Shown: positions 23,914 through 37,724 of the stretch, in pieces | Numbering within the stretch: the stretch's first letter is position 1 | Layout: each line of letters starts with the position of its first letter | From: Carcharhinus longimanus | Taxonomy: Eukaryota | Direction of reading: 5' to 3' | Length of the DNA: 64,000 bases | NCBI GenBank assembly: GCA_030264375.1 | Contig: JASCQW010000162.1 | Span: 46,875,544-46,939,543 of the forward strand | The notes under the pieces: generated by a model | Database searches by the model: none | The model's input: the letters and a program-made list of their open reading frames with translations, nothing else | Told to the model about the DNA's origin: nothing | Position numbers and translations under genes: made by a program

Positions 23914-24539
23914 TTATTATCTTTTGTCTGTGTTTAATTTTGTGTAATAAAACTTGCAGATAAAGATGTATAAATGTATATGACTGTCATGTGCGGTTAT
24001 TGCTTTCTGTAAAACTAGAAAGACGAATTGATTTGGAGACTGCATCAAATGGGTGGCATTTTCATTCTGTTACTAACTTCATACAAAATTGGAATCCTAA
24101 CATTTAATTTCCTGTGATGTTTAAAGTACTTGCCATTTGGCTTCGATCCAAAGAATAACAATTCTGGGGCCAATTCCAGGGGTTTTTTATTAAGATTTTA
24201 GTTATTATAGCTATTATATTAAAATTGATCTGCAATTGATGGCATTTAATTTCAAGTGATTCAAATAATTTAACTAGTTTTATTAGCTTTCTAGATCTTA
24301 TGTTTAAATAATAAATTTAAATGCAATTGTTCAGTCAATCACCATGATGCTCCAGATATAATGTGACCAAAAGTCTCAAATAAAGGTACTGCATTGTTAT
24401 GTCACAGTACTTTTATCAAAGTGTTGTAACAGAGCAAGATTATAAACATAAACAGTCAGTCTAAAACTAGATAAGTATTCAAGTAAATCAACAACTTCAG
24501 AGATCAGCCATTTCGGACTGAGTCAAAAATATTCCTTCA

Positions 24540-24750
24540 TTCAGAGCTTGGCAAATCTTTGAAATTCTATTTCCAAAGGGCTATGGTGCTCTCTTATTGA
24601 GTATTTTCATGATCAATAGATTTTTAAACATTAAGGGCAGTAGGGGATATTTGGATAGGGCAGGAAAGTGAAGTTGAAGCTGCATTGAATAGCGGAGCAG
24701 GCATGAGGGACCAAACGATCTATTTCTGTTCCTATTTCTTATATTCATAC
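24540..24750 (+). mobile_element. CR1-type LINE 3' end
   Basis: 'atcaatagattttta...ttgaatagcggagcaggcatgaggg...cctatttcttat'. Confidence 0.75.
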
Positions 24751-24778
24751 ACTTAGCATTATGGTGCAGAATATAGAT

Positions 24779-24852
24779 GTGGAGATGCCAGCATTGGACT
24801 GGGGTAAACACAGTAAGAAGTCTCACAACACCAGGTTAAAGTCCAACAGGTT
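24779..24852 (-). mobile_element. Second copy of the hammerhead-bearing short element (3' part; the rest falls in a gap)
   Basis: Reverse complement 'aacctgttggactttaacctggtgttgtgagacttcttactgtgtttaccccagtccaatgctggcatctccac' aligns with 8749-8822. Confidence 0.85.
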
Positions 24853-26189
24853 NNNNNNNNNNNNNNNNNNNNNNNNNNNNNNNNNNNNNNNNNNNNNNNN
24901 NNNNNNNNNNNNNNNNNNNNNNNNNNNNNNNNNNNNNNNNNNNNNNNNNNNNNNNNNNNNNNNNNNNNNNNNNNNNNNNNNNNNNNNNNNNNNNNNNNNN
25001 NNNNNNNNNNNNNNNNNNNNNNNNNNNNNNNNNNNNNNNNNNNNNNNNNNNNNNNNNNNNNNNNNNNNNNNNNNNNNNNNNNNNNNNNNNNNNNNNNNNN
25101 NNNNNNNNNNNNNNNNNNNNNNNNNNNNNNNNNNNNNNNNNNNNNNNNNNNNNNNNNNNNNNNNNNNNNNNNNNNNNNNNNNNNNNNNNNNNNNNNNNNN
25201 NNNNNNNNNNNNNNNNNNNNNNAACCGTGCTGACTATCTCCAATCAATTCATTACTCTCTAAATAACTATAAATCCTATCCCTAATAATTTTTTCTAATT
25301 TTTTTTCTAATACTTCTTACTGTGCAAAATATATTGTCAGAGGATGGGGCTTCAAGTGGCAGCAAGAACAATCATTCAGACTCTTGGATGGATTTCACTG
25401 ATTCTGGGCTGGGCCCCTAGATGGAGCACCATGTAACCCTGGGCAAATGGTTGAACTGGTACAACATGTCAAGCTACATTAAAGGATCACTTATTGCCAG
25501 GCTGCGGCGAGCCAGCAAAAGAGCTGTGCTGAGGTCCTGACACAGACACTTACATCTAGCAGATAGCAGATAGCACAAGAGGCAACAGTGGGACCTTCAT
25601 GGGCAAAATAGAGAAGGAACGCTCAAGCAGAAGAGCACAGTTTCCTATTAGCATGTTATACAGCTGCAAACATATAATAATGAGAACAATGCAAATGGCT
25701 AGGGGAAACAAGTGATTAAGAATTTTGAGAGCAACACACCAATATTTGCCTCAAACTCAATAAAATATTAAATCACTGAAAAATATGGAGAACGTAAATT
25801 GTTTCCAATTATGTTGGCCTTTCTTCCCCTCTTGTTGCACTGACATGGAAACTAACGTTCATTTATCAGGTCATACATTAAATACAATTTTGAAATAACC
25901 ACTGGGGGAAACAATTGGATAAACTCAGTAATCAAACAGATGGATCACAATGTGTGATTAAGTGGTGCCCATTTCTTAGGCAGCATAAAACTTTGCCTGC
26001 TTATTTAGATGATAGTGATGGGCAGCCCAGCACTTACGTGCTGTCGAGTGATCTCAAGCCTTAGCAGAGGGATCCAAGTTCATGTGAGGCTAGCACCACT
26101 TAAAGTCAAGATGTAATTTATTTGGGGCAGCTGCTGGAACTAGATAGAGAAGAACGTCCGAGAAGAAAGTGGAGTAGAAATAACACACA

Positions 26190-26800
26190 GGCTAAACAGT
26201 ATGATTCAAGGTTTTGCAGTGCAGCACTGAAGGCCTGGTGAAGGAAGTGGGCAGAAGAAGGTGTCCTCTTCTCACATGAGTCAGGAAGACCTCCAGTTAG
26301 ATGTAATGAAGTAAGTGGGGACAGATAGGCATCACTGTCAATGCCAGCAGACCAACTCTGAAGACCTGGATACAATGTCATAAGAAATAAAATTTCAATA
26401 ACCCAGCTTAGAGAATGCATTGTCACATGTTATATCCTTATAGATGAACTATTAGTTTTACGTAGTGCTTCATTTATCACCACTCCTTCACTTTTGTATT
26501 AATAGTCACTGTCAAACTCATCATTTGTAGTCTCATCTTACCATCACAAAACATTGCACTGCTCACATCTCACAAGTTACACACACTGGTAGTTATATCA
26601 CCAGAAAGCACCGCACCACACTCACAGACACTATGCCCCCTCTCTAGTAGGACAAAGTGACTTATAATTGGAGGCAGCAGTGCCAGATCTCCGGGGGACA
26701 GCCAAGATTGCATTTCCTCAACTTTGTGGTGGAGGTGATGTTAACAGTCATCAGTGTAGCCAGAAATGAGGACATGGCCAGTGGCGGGGCTGAAACCACA
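26190..26800 (+). pseudogene. Harbinger Myb/SANT-like gene remnant
   Basis: RFCSAALKAW/GLVKEVGRRR segment. The exon after 'tag|' at 26651 reads DKVTYNWRQQCQISGGQPRLHFLN, paralleling 13404. Confidence 0.6.
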
Positions 26801-27898
26801 GAAAGTGACAATACATTCCTATCTAATCCACCTTCACACATCCCATTTGCCCCTCATCCCACAGTATCTTATGAATTAAAAGCTGCAGGTGGTATAAACC
26901 TGCACCTCTTGCTTTCACTCCTTTCCTGCATGGAACGATCCTAACATAAATTCAACGTCACAGTCACCTACACAGTCATTTGTTCTTGCCTGGCTCTGCT
27001 CTGGGTTTAAAAGGTTGCAGAGTACAATGAGCCCTTCCTTTGTTACAAACAACAATTTGCATACTATAAATAACCTTTAACATAATAAATGTACCCCTCC
27101 CAAGTGCTTTTACAAATGATTAATACTGGAAAAGTGCTGCTGAGAGCCCTTCTCAACCTGCTCCTCCTTCCCCCACTCTGCAAGCAGCTTGAAATGTTCC
27201 TCACCACCTCTGCCCCTCTCCCTCTCATGCCACACCCTGAGGGCATTGCAACTATAGAATCTACGACTGGGAACAAGTGGTATAACACGAACATTTGCAG
27301 TCAGGACAAAAGTCTTCTCCATGTGAGCACCACTCCGTCAACTTCATCAAATTTTCAAACTTGCACGTACTTCCACAAAGTCAAATGAGCCAGTTGAGAT
27401 TTATTAGTAACTAATGGTTTGTTGAAATAGTCCTGGAGTCACTGTTCTCCCTAAAGGAGTTTATGTGGCACAGTCCTAGAGCCCTTAACACTGGACCAGA
27501 AGCTCCATGTTCTGATCCAATGCCAGGACTTGAAGGAGTGTTCAATATTGTTCAACGGGCTGATAATCAGCTTGGCAATCCTTTCACCACTTCTCCCTTT
27601 AGTCCCCAAGTATGAGTGTGAAGGTCTGCTAACAACAGTGTTCTTCCTTCTGCTGAACAGGTGCCTCGCTGTGCATGTTTAGGATAGGTTGTTAGCTGGA
27701 GGTGGCGAGATCAAAAGTAGCAGTGTTTGTGGCATGAACGTCACAATCTATCTGTTCTGCATAATTCTGGTGCATGTTCCAAAAGCTCATGCTAAGGCTC
27801 TCTCCAAGGCGGCATTCAGCATGGGTCACTTGTGTTATTGACACCATTTTAGTATGACAACCACATGCAGAGCACCAAAACTGTGGGAACAGAGGAAA

Positions 27899-28376
27899 GT
27901 AGCACAGTGGTTGGCACTGCTGCTTCACAGGTCCAGGGATCTGGGCTCGATTCCCACCTTGGGTCACTGTCCATGTGGAGTTTGCACATTCTCCCTATGT
28001 CTGCATGGGTTTTCTCCAGGTGCTCCGGTTTCCTCCCACAGTCCAAAGATGTGTGGGTTAGGTTGATTGGTCACGCTAAAATTGCCGCTTAGTGTCCTGA
28101 GATGCTTAGGTTAGAGAGACTAGTGGGTAAAATATGTTAGGAATATGGGGGTAGGGCCTGGGTGGGATTGNNNNNNNNNNNNNNNNNNNNNNNNNNNNNN
28201 NNNNNNNNNNNNNNNNNNNNNNNNNNNNNNNNNNNNNNNNNNNNNNNNNNNNNNNNNNNNNNNNNNNNNNTGTAGGGATGTGCGGGTAGGGTCTGGGTGG
28301 GATTGTGGTCGGTGCAGACTTGATGGGCCAAATGGCCTCTTTCTGTATTGTAGGGTTCTTATGATTTCTTCTATGA
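27899..28376 (+). mobile_element. HE1 SINE spanning a gap
   Basis: Full head, V-domain and tail 'ggcctctttctgtattgtagggttcttatgatttc'. The sequences either side of the gap overlap. Confidence 0.92.
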
Positions 28377-28779
28377 ATTCAATTTTGTAGCTACTGACCT
28401 TATTGCACCTCCCTTTGTAACAAAATATGAAATGCCTTTTGTATTTATGTTAAGGCAAAGTGATAAAGAGTACTTCCGTATTCTGAAAAAAATCAAAGAA
28501 CTCTAAAGATTAAATGGTTTATATATGATAAAAAGGTGTGAAGAAAATCTCACCTACATACAAGTTATGGACTGACTGATCAGTGGGCATTTATAATGAT
28601 CCAGGAAGAGGGAGGGAGGATGGGATTTAACTCTTGATGGAGTAGTAAGATTTATGTTTGGACTGGTGATGCTCCATGTGCCAAGTTTTCAGTTTTATCA
28701 CAATGGAGATGTACTGAATAGGGTGAGTCATCCACTGCCAATTTACAAACTTCCTGGCTACCATCCTCATTACATTAGC

Positions 28780-28930
28780 TTTCTCCACACTCTAGCTATG
28801 AATGTAACACTACATTCTGCACTCTCTCATTTTGTTCTCTATGAGCAGCATGCTTTGTCTATATAGTGTGTAAAAAATAATAATTTTCCCTACTTACTAA
28901 TACATGTGACAATAATAAATCAAATCAAAA
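28780..28930 (+). mobile_element. Rex1/Babar LINE 3' tail
   Basis: 'acactacattctgcactctc...ctaatacatgtgacaataataaatcaaatcaaa', the same as 53205-53325. Confidence 0.8.
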
Positions 28931-29710
28931 TTATGGACACAGAGCTCAAAACAGGTCACTTACTCACATTGAGGGTAAGAAAAATGCCAAGAGACCAGGA
29001 GAGTAAGAAGGACGAAAGGTGTTACTTTCAAATAAATGATAATCCACAAAGGTATGAAAAGGAGCTGAAATTTTGCTTTGCCAATAAAATGGAATTGCTG
29101 CGTGCCCTTGTACTTACAAAATACAATTCCGATATTTTTCAAATGACTTACAAACCCAATGAATCTAAAATGTTTGAATTAACTGAAGAGTTTGCAGTTA
29201 TGATGAGTCAGACAGATAATCTCAGTACATACAGAAATACATAAATTAAAAGCTTCTCATTATTAAATGAAACATATATGTTTTTCTACAGTAAATAGAA
29301 ATAAACCTTGCAATTATCATTAAAAACATTGAAGTTTTTTTTTCAATCAGTATTGATGTCAACTGCCTACTCAACATGACAGAAAATACATGATTTAAAG
29401 TTTGTAGCGAATCAATGATAACCAGGGACAGTTTACAAGGTAGAAATGTAATCTTGAGGGCTCATATGACATCTTAACTATGAGAATAAAGCTCAAGTGA
29501 CTTTGAACATGGCTTGGACCCCAAGATAAGATCACAATTTGAAATTACTCTAGGATATTTCCTCTTGTTTTCCATAATAGATGTGGTTTAATTCAGTTTT
29601 GATTTCATTCGGTTGAGAAACGCTATTAATAAAGGGTCACTAAAGACAATGTGTTCTATGTTATTGATGCATGATAAGGTTCAAAATGAAAAACGCGTGA
29701 TACATACCCA

Positions 29711-30545
29711 GGGCTCCATTTTACCAAAAATGGCAAAATGTTATTTCCAGCGAAAAAACCGACATGTTTCTTCCCAGAGAAACACATTGGTTTTCTCTTT
29801 AGAACTTACCACACTCTGCCAAAACAAACAAGGGAGCATGTTTCACACCATCATATGGGGAGCTGAGCCTAAACACGCCAGAAAGGCGCTCAGATCATAG
29901 CATATATAAACCTCCCCCACAGCCCACCAAGAAGGCCTCAGGGGCTTTCCTCCCCATTCGACCCCTGATCAGAGTTGGCCTCTTCTTCCCCCATCCCCCA
30001 ATTATCATTGCTTCTCCCCCCCACCCTTTACTCATTGGCCGCATATCCCCACCCTCACTGCCCTAATCACCGCCTGTCCCCCAAATGGCCATCACTGGCA
30101 TCTCCACCTCTTCCATCTCCTCTTGGCCACCAGCACATTGAAATGAACCCCCCTCTCCACAACGTTTCATCCCTCTGCCCTCCCCCACTTCCCCTGTGAG
30201 GCTCCCACCTGGCACATGTAGGCAGTGCCAGGTTGGCATAGTGCCAACCTGTGCCAAAGGACAGTACCAGGGAGCATTACTAAGCCGCTGCCTGGCCATG
30301 TCTCTTTCCTTAGGGGACTACACTTACCTTTGCACCCCTAGCAAAACCACAATGACAGATTCACATCTCTGTGAACTTGTCGTAACTGCGCTAGCATAAT
30401 CCACTATGGGCTTGAAACCAATGACGTTGCCTGTGAGGGAGGGGAAGATCCAAACTCACATTCTCACCAGCGAGAACTGCGACTTCCAGATCTTCAGCCC
30501 CTGCCAGTATTCACAAGGATGCAAACACAGGCTCAAGAGTGCCCC
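29711..30545. mobile_element. Harbinger-type MITE
   Basis: Begins 'gggctccattttaccaaaaatggcaaa', has a C-rich interior with 'ggcagtgccagg' motifs, and ends 'gtgcccc'. Confidence 0.65.
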
Positions 30546-30564
30546 ATGGTTACTGTAAGTTTAT

Positions 30565-30842
30565 AAGAAGAACTTGCACCTTATAGCATATTTTACAATT
30601 GCAGGACATTACAAAGCATGTCCTAACTAGTGAAGTGCATTTGACGTGCAGTCCCTGCTGTAACGCGAAGCAGCTAACTTGTGCACTGCAAGATCCCACA
30701 AACAGCAGATAATGACCAGATAATATGTTGTAGTGAGGTTGCTCGAGGGATAAATATTGATCAGTACGCTGAAGAGAATCCCCTTCTCTTTGAAGTAGTA
30801 GTTAAATCTTTCACACCCACCTGAGAGGACAGGCAGTGCCCC
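30565..30842 (-). mobile_element. Deu-domain SINE (AmnSINE1/SacSINE1-like) remnant
   Basis: 'gcaagatcccacaaacagc...gagggataaatattg...ctttcacacccacctgagagg', with the L2-like terminus 'aacttgcaccttatagc'. Confidence 0.7.
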
Positions 30843-31814
30843 ATGTATTGAAATAGTTTGAAGTTGGTGTCATATCAGCTACCTGCTGAATTTCTTAATT
30901 ATAATTAATGAATCCAGTTTATACATACTTGTGATAAGTAAAGAAAAATCACACCTCATTTAGACTTTTTAAAAGTGAGTTTTGGCAATTCTGGTCAACT
31001 GCACATTGGCATAATTTCTATTATCTAATAATGCTCTCGGGTTCTTTCTGCAATTATAGTCTTATCTGTATACAAATATATCCCTAACTTTCATTAGAGA
31101 AACAATTTTCTGTTGAAACGGAATCCATCTGCATTGCCAAAACTCAATGTCAATGCTCAGCCACTGACAGTTAAAATTACTGAATTATTACTTCAGTTGG
31201 CAACTTGCGTTACACATTCTCTTCCACTGAAGTATTTTTAGGTTTATTGCATCATTTGTGACCTAAAATTTGACACTCTGCAGGAGTTCTTCCTCCTCTT
31301 CAAATGAATGTTCCAGCCAAAATATTCCCAGGGAAAAGACGTCAGAATAATGCTCTAATTTGAACTGCTATCAGAAAAGAACCATCTCAATTTCCATTAT
31401 TCCCACATATCACATTTACACGTTTCAAAATTCTGGTTTGAAGAGCTTAAATGTGTATTTGATCACCTGAATAACTTAGCTACAAATCCAATCCACTCGT
31501 ACTTATTGCCAACCCTTACATTAAACAGCATTATTTTGCTTTCAGTTGAAAGATTTAGTTTGCTGCGTACTTGAATCCAGCATCCATCATCAAGACAATT
31601 AAACTTCAGTCAGAAAGAGAGAAACTAAAAAGATAAAAGCAATTACAAAATTAAAAAAGCGAAAAAAATAAAAGAATGGAAAGCAGGAAAGGAAGTCATC
31701 AAAACAGATACAGAACATTAAATTTGAAGGCACTGAGAACTAAGCAGAAAGTTGTAAAATATTATACCGTGAGAAAACATTTTTTAAAAAATTCACAGCA
31801 TAGGCACATATAAG

Positions 31815-32258
31815 CTTGTCGTAAGAGGAACGGTTGAGGACTCTGGGTCTGTACTCGGAGTTTAGAAGGATGAGGAGGGATCTTATTGAAACTTACAGGA
31901 TATTGCGAGGCTTGGATAGAGTGGACGTGGAGAGGATGTTTCCACTAGTAGGAAAAACTAGAAATGGAGGGCACAACCTCAGGCTAAAGGGATGATGTTT
32001 TAAAACAGAGATGAGGAGGAATTTCTTCAGCCAGAGAGTGGTGAATCTGTGGAATTCTTTGCCACAGTAGGCTGTGGAGGCCAGGTCATTGAATGTCTTT
32101 AAGCCAGAAATAGATAGGTTCTTGAATAATAAAGGGGGTCAGCGGTTATAGCGAAAAGGCAGGAGAATGGGACGAGAAACATATCAGCCATGATTGAATG
32201 GCGGAGCAGACTCAATGGGCCGAGTGGCCTAATTCTACTCCTATGTCTTATGATCTTA
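31815..32258 (+). mobile_element. CR1-type LINE 3' end, well preserved
   Basis: ORF2 C-terminus (RRMRRDLIETYRILRGLDRVDVERMFP, RNFFSQRVVNLWNSLP) and tail 'ctcctatgtcttatgatctta'. Confidence 0.92.
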
Positions 32259-32472
32259 AAAGGTAGTTATCCTCAAAAGGACATCATACTTGAAAGTAAT
32301 TGCAATTTTGAGGTACATGGTGATCATTGAACTTGATGAAATTACTAAACTTGCCTTTTTATATCATCAGAGGGATTCACATGAGATATTATAAGACAGC
32401 CTTTTGTTTCAGGAAGTAGCAAGACCATTGAAAATTTGCACAAGTGAACCACATTTCACCTTCAGAAACAAG

Positions 32473-33704
32473 GTGCAGAATTTTCCCTGGCTGTTGCAGT
32501 TGAATTTGAGGATAAGCGGGGCAGTAAAGCCTGAAAACTGATCCCTGGTGGAGATCCTCACATGGTCCTACCCTCTGTTGGGTTTCCCCAGAGTAGGATT
32601 GAAGAAAAGCGAAGAAGACTCCTTCCCAAGTCAGAGGGAGTGGACACAGAGATCCAACTGGAAGGAGGCGAGACCCACAACAAATAGCCTACAGGGGATC
32701 AGCTCTCTCAACATGTCCAGGTTCTATTGCTTCAGAAGATTCAGGTATTCATGGTGAGCTTTTGTTGACATCTGCACCCTCCTAGAAAAAGAACTCCTTT
32801 CCTGTGGGGCAGGTGAGCATGCATTTGCCAATGACAAATAAGGCTCCTGTTACTGGAGGGCTGACCCACTCCCATCAGCCTCACCACACTGAACTCCCCA
32901 CTTACCCCATCAGGATCTCTGCTTTTCACCAAGTTTCTACAAGGAAAGAAATAAGAGAGATGCAAATGGTCATATAACTGATGTGCAAAAGGAGGGAAGG
33001 ACATCATTTTGAAAGATAGTTGTGGGGCACATGTGCGAGGAGGCACTAGAGTAAGAGTGAATGCAAGTGTTGTCTGCTCAAGATAAAGGAATGAAGATAA
33101 AGGAATGAATGGAGCTGCAAGGCACATTGACCTGATGCACGATATGTAAGGGAATGCAAGGTAAGTCAGAGTGTTTGGGCTTGACATCTTAAAGTGTTGT
33201 GCCACTCACCTGAGTGGCGCTTCGGAGATCTTGAATGCTCTTGGTGCACTGTCTTCAGGCTGGAGGAGGCATATGCGGCTGATGTCATCCGCTACTTCCA
33301 AACATGCCTGTTTGGTGAGGAGGTTGTCTGCTTTCTCACATCTTTGTTAGAGCTCATCTTACTTTACCCCCTCAGGTGCTGGCAGCAGGACATCCAGACG
33401 AAAGTGAGAGACCTGGCCAGCAGCCTTCCCAGGTCTCCTCTCCACCCTGGGGGTTGCAACAACCTGAAAAATCCAGTTCTTCTGACGCATATTGCTTTCA
33501 CTTTAATTAGAAATCCTTCCTTTGACAGAACGGATAAACCATCTCATCCACCTTCCCTCATCTTTCAGAGAGCCTGGAGGAAGGATAACAATTGGCTTGC
33601 TCTGGGAAAGAGCAACTGCCAGGTGAGCTCTTTGAAGAATTGAGTTCTGAACCTGAATGTGGTCCCTGCGTTACAACATTGACTAAGGTAGTAAAATTCT
33701 ACCC
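32473..33704 (-). mobile_element. Harbinger deletion derivative retaining Myb exon 1
   Basis: TIRs gtgcagaattttcc / gtaaaattctaccc, with AAG on both flanks (3-bp TSD). Reverse strand 33200-33350 reads LTKQACLEVADDIS and QCTKSIQDLRSATQ|gtgagt. Confidence 0.75.
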
Positions 33705-34803
33705 AAGATTTCATTATAGTATGGAACTTGTTTATGTGCTTTGATAAGATGAATGCAATAAAAAAATAGGAATGAGATTAATCACAAAATAGTCGAATCA
33801 TGACAGTGGCTGATGCTAGTCACATTGGTCCCCTTTATCCTTCAACACTTGCATGCAAACATTTCTTTGTGACAGTAATCATGATATTTTAGTAAACCCC
33901 TATTTCAAAATTATGTAATGTCACTACTTCTCTATGTTGTATCCAGTCTGGCCAGTAAAGCACATTATCTCTATTAGCCTGTCAATAGCAAATCAGTTGA
34001 ATTGCTTGTTCTTTAATTGATGGAACAGATTGCTCCACCTACTGATGGATTACATCAGACTAACAGCTGCGATGCCTTGTCCCACTGGATTTGCCCACAG
34101 ATTGCACCAAAGCCATTTTGGGTTTTACTTGCTTCAATCCATCCTGAGGTACAAAGGTGTGCTCATCTCCACTCTTTACCTAAAATTACCCAACCTCCAT
34201 TAAGAAATTAGTTGTTGGGACTGCTAATTATTCGACGAATGATTTTTTTGTACATGCAAAATCAAAGTCAGCAAACCACTGTGCAAATGCCATGAGAAAA
34301 TGTATCAGAGACTTGATCATATTTCATTTAATAATGATTTTTTGCTTAGTTTCAGAAAACACTTTCAATCAAATTAAAACAGAGAAACAATTTGACTTTT
34401 ATGAGGCAAACTTTTATATATTGGTACATAATGCATATAAACACAGAATATAAACACTAAATAAAATGCTAATCCACTTTATGTCTGTCCAGTTACATGA
34501 CAAATATACTTTAGAAAGTAAGAATAATTAAATTTTGCTGTTTCACTGCATCAAATCTAGATCAAAACAGATCAAATGGAATTTCTAATTTTCCACCAAT
34601 GGTACAGGCCACGTCTGATAGCAATCATGCAGTCTTAATTATCATCTTTTCAACTTGCTAGATCCCCAACCAATAAAAACAGACAAAGAAATATGCAGAA
34701 GCAACATTCCTCTCTCATTTTTCAACAAATTAAAAAAGTTATTGTAGAGTCCTAAAACTAATGATCAGTTACAAAATGTATTTCCCATCAGATGTAATGG
34801 GTT

Positions 34804-35345
34804 CATAAGAACATAAGAAATAGGAGCAGGAGTAGGACATCTAGCCCTTTGGGCCTGCCCCGCCATTCAATAAGATCATGGCTGATCTGAAGTGGATCAG
34901 TTCCACTTTCCCGCNNNNNNNNNNNNNNNNNNNNNNNNNNNNNNNNNNNNNNNNNNNNNNNNNNNNNNNNNNNNNNNNNNNNNNNNNNNNNNNNNNNNNN
35001 NNNNNNNNNNNNNNAGGCATCTACTATCACCTCTGCCATTTCCTTCAGAACCCTGGGATGCATTCCATCCGGTCCTGGGGACTTGTCCACCTTCAGTTCC
35101 CATTAGTCTATCAAGCACTACCTCTCTAGTGATAGTAATCGTATTTAGGCCCTCATCTTCTACCCCCCTTCTATCTTTAATATCCGGCAAACTATTTGTG
35201 TCCTCTTCTGTGAAGACCGAGGCAAAAAACTTATTTAAAGCCTCAGCCATTTCGTCATCGCCCACCGCTAAGTCCCCCCTCTCATCCTCCAAGGGTCCAA
35301 CATTCACTCTAGCCAGCCTCTTCTTCTTTATATATTTGTAAAAGT
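34804..35345 (-). mobile_element. CR1-type LINE (young family) spanning a gap
   Basis: Tail 'cataagaacataagaaataggagcaggagtagg'; ORF2 reads NVGPLEDE..EMAEALNKFFASVFT and DKSPGPDGMHPRVLKE. Confidence 0.92.
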
Positions 35346-35699
35346 TTGTTTGTTCTATTTGTTAAATATGTGAACTACACTTGCAAACCTATGATATAGA
35401 GATTTGGAGTAATTTTAAATCACACAAATAGGTAGGTTGGGTGCAAGTGAAACTTGAAATTTAAAAAGAATTCAGGCAAGACTCCAATCTTCTTACTTCT
35501 GGTTTTAACAGAGCAAAATCAGAGACCACACTTGGGTCAGTCAGTGAATTCTTATTAGGAGGCTGTGTATCTGCTCTTTTACACACATTAGCTTCAGGAA
35601 ACCTGATAGGTATAAAAGGAGGAAAGAAGGTTGTTGATTTACATCATTGCACGTGGGCTCGGAGCAGCATATCCTTCAGGCCAAAATGCTTACTTGCTT

Positions 35700-36092
35700 T
35701 CCCACCCACAACTGACTGACCTTATCCCACACTGACCTCTGACCACTCATCCAATTGCCAACTCCTTACGAGCTCCACCCACTTCCACAATCTCCCCCAT
35801 AATCTCTCCCCCCACCCTGATCTCAATGTCTCCCCCACAACAATGAGCTCCCATAACTAGGATCTCATGTTCTACCATGATCTCTCTCCCAACTACCTTC
35901 TCTCCAATTATGAACTTTCCTCCTTCCCACCTCAATCCATCCCCCTTTCAGAATCTCCCTCCCTCTCCTCAGCCCCAAACTCTCCCAAGAACAATGGACA
36001 ATCTTGTCCCCAATCTCGAATTTTCATCCCTGACCATATCTCACCCATCCCATCCATTTTCTCTCCTCACTAAAAACAATCTCTCCCTTCTC
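35700..36092. repeat. C/T-rich degenerate tandem tract
   Basis: Recurrent 'aatctctccc'-like units. Confidence 0.7.
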
Positions 36093-36132
36093 TGTAATGC
36101 TGTGGTCCAGGCCAGAGGCTCCAAAGTGTTTT

Positions 36133-36860
36133 GTGAAGATAACCTAGACCCTAAGTTTTTCATTTGTTTTAGGCATGGGTGAATACAAGGTATTTCACTC
36201 CAGGTACGATTCAAGTGAACCACTAGGAAGCTTTTATCAAACGAAGTTTATTTAAGAACACAATTAGTAAATTACAAAAAATAATTAGCATAACTTTTAC
36301 CAATTACAAGACTTAAACATGACACAGTATAATTCTTAACAGCTAGCTATCTCTGTTGTTCCAATTTAAAGCAATACCTGATAGACATACACCCTTCTTC
36401 AGAATCAATCAACACTAAAATAAGGATGCTCATATGATGCTGGATTTTCAGTTTTTTTACACTCCTGGACAGAGATTTCAACAGTAGTTTTCAAAGAAGG
36501 ATACATCCTCAAAATAGCAAAGCTTCAGAAAGGTAAACCCAGTCTCTGGCAGCTTCCAGTCTTCAGACTTCAGACAGGGAACAAGAAGAGAGCTTCCAAA
36601 ACAGCAACACTTAGACAGCAGAAATTTCAATTTAAGAGGAGGAAAAGTGCTCTGTCTCTCTCAGCTCCAAGCAGCTTCTGAAAAATGAAACTAAAACTGG
36701 ACTTCCCTGTGAAAACATAACTGTCCCCAGTCATATGACCTGACTTGTCAATCACCGCCCAATCAAGCTCTAAGCTGCCATCCCAGGGGAACGCTAAACC
36801 AACAGAACGCTGCCTTAGTTCAGATTAAAACAAACACAATGTCAATTATACTGCTTTAGT
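36133..36860 (-). mobile_element. Probable solo LTR
   Basis: Starts TGT, with 'tttcactccaggt...ccactaggaagcttttatcaaa...tttattta' (reverse poly(A)-signal-like). It resembles shark LTR repeats from memory; the right boundary is uncertain. Confidence 0.45.
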
Positions 36861-37433
36861 AACAATCTCAGAACTAGAGAACTTGATCAGGCTGTAAGTC
36901 ACCCGATTGTATCATTTTTAAGTATTTAGTACATGAAAGGTTTTTATAACTAAAGAAGGATTTTTTTTTTAAAAAAAAAGATGGATGGTCAAGGATACGG
37001 GCCTATCCTAGAGAATTTTTACTGTTCAAATGTGTTTTCTAAAGAGAAACTCTATAAACATATCAAAATGCAAGTTCATAATGGCAAACTTAAAATTGTA
37101 TCTTTTAATGTATTGTAATTTCTTATGGATCATTGCAAACTATGCTTCTGATGGACACATTTATTTCAGAAGATTTAAGAAAATTAGGTTACTTAATACT
37201 TGAATGTGTGAACATTTTGAAGTTGAGTTATAGATAAATGTTTGAATTGGAAAATAACTTTTCCATGTTTCAGTAATCTTGGCTTCTTGTTCATGAATTA
37301 AGATATACAGTATTGTGTAGTGAATGTGCTTCATTGTTCTGCTCTGCATATGGTAATGCTTATCCTGAAATCGTAAAACATAGTGCTTTCAATTTACTTT
37401 AGTTTGGTTGTTTTTAGTTCTTTTAAATATTTT

Positions 37434-37688
37434 ATGATGACTATGGAGGATCACTGATAGATCTCCCCACAAGCCTCAATGAGTATGAGCTCCCCTGTTA
37501 GGTGAATTGAGGCTCTCCCAATAAGGAAGGAGCAGTGGGGGGTTTAAAACCAGCTGGCTCCACTCAGACCAGCAGTCAATAGACTCAGGACTGATCTGCA
37601 CTCTGTGGCTATTGAATGCTGCTCAGATGTTGCTGTAAATAAAAGAGTGTTTGGTGACGGAAGACTGGCCTTGGTATGATTATTGTTA
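37434..37688 (+). mobile_element. Probable short solo LTR (Gypsy-like)
   Basis: TATA-like 'gggtttaaaacc', poly(A) signal 'tgtaaataaaag', U5-like 'ttggtgacggaagactggcc'. Confidence 0.55.
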
Positions 37689-37724
37689 TTTTGGCAATGT
37701 GGAGTAAAGCGGTTTTGTGGTCAT

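Noticed and set aside
28135-28305. Internal tandem duplication in the HE1 SINE
   Set aside because: The overlap lies across a 100-N placeholder gap, so it is probably a scaffolding or haplotype artefact.
28906-29244. 112-aa ORF
   Set aside because: Starts inside a Rex1 tail, is AT-rich, and shows no recognisable domain or splice support.
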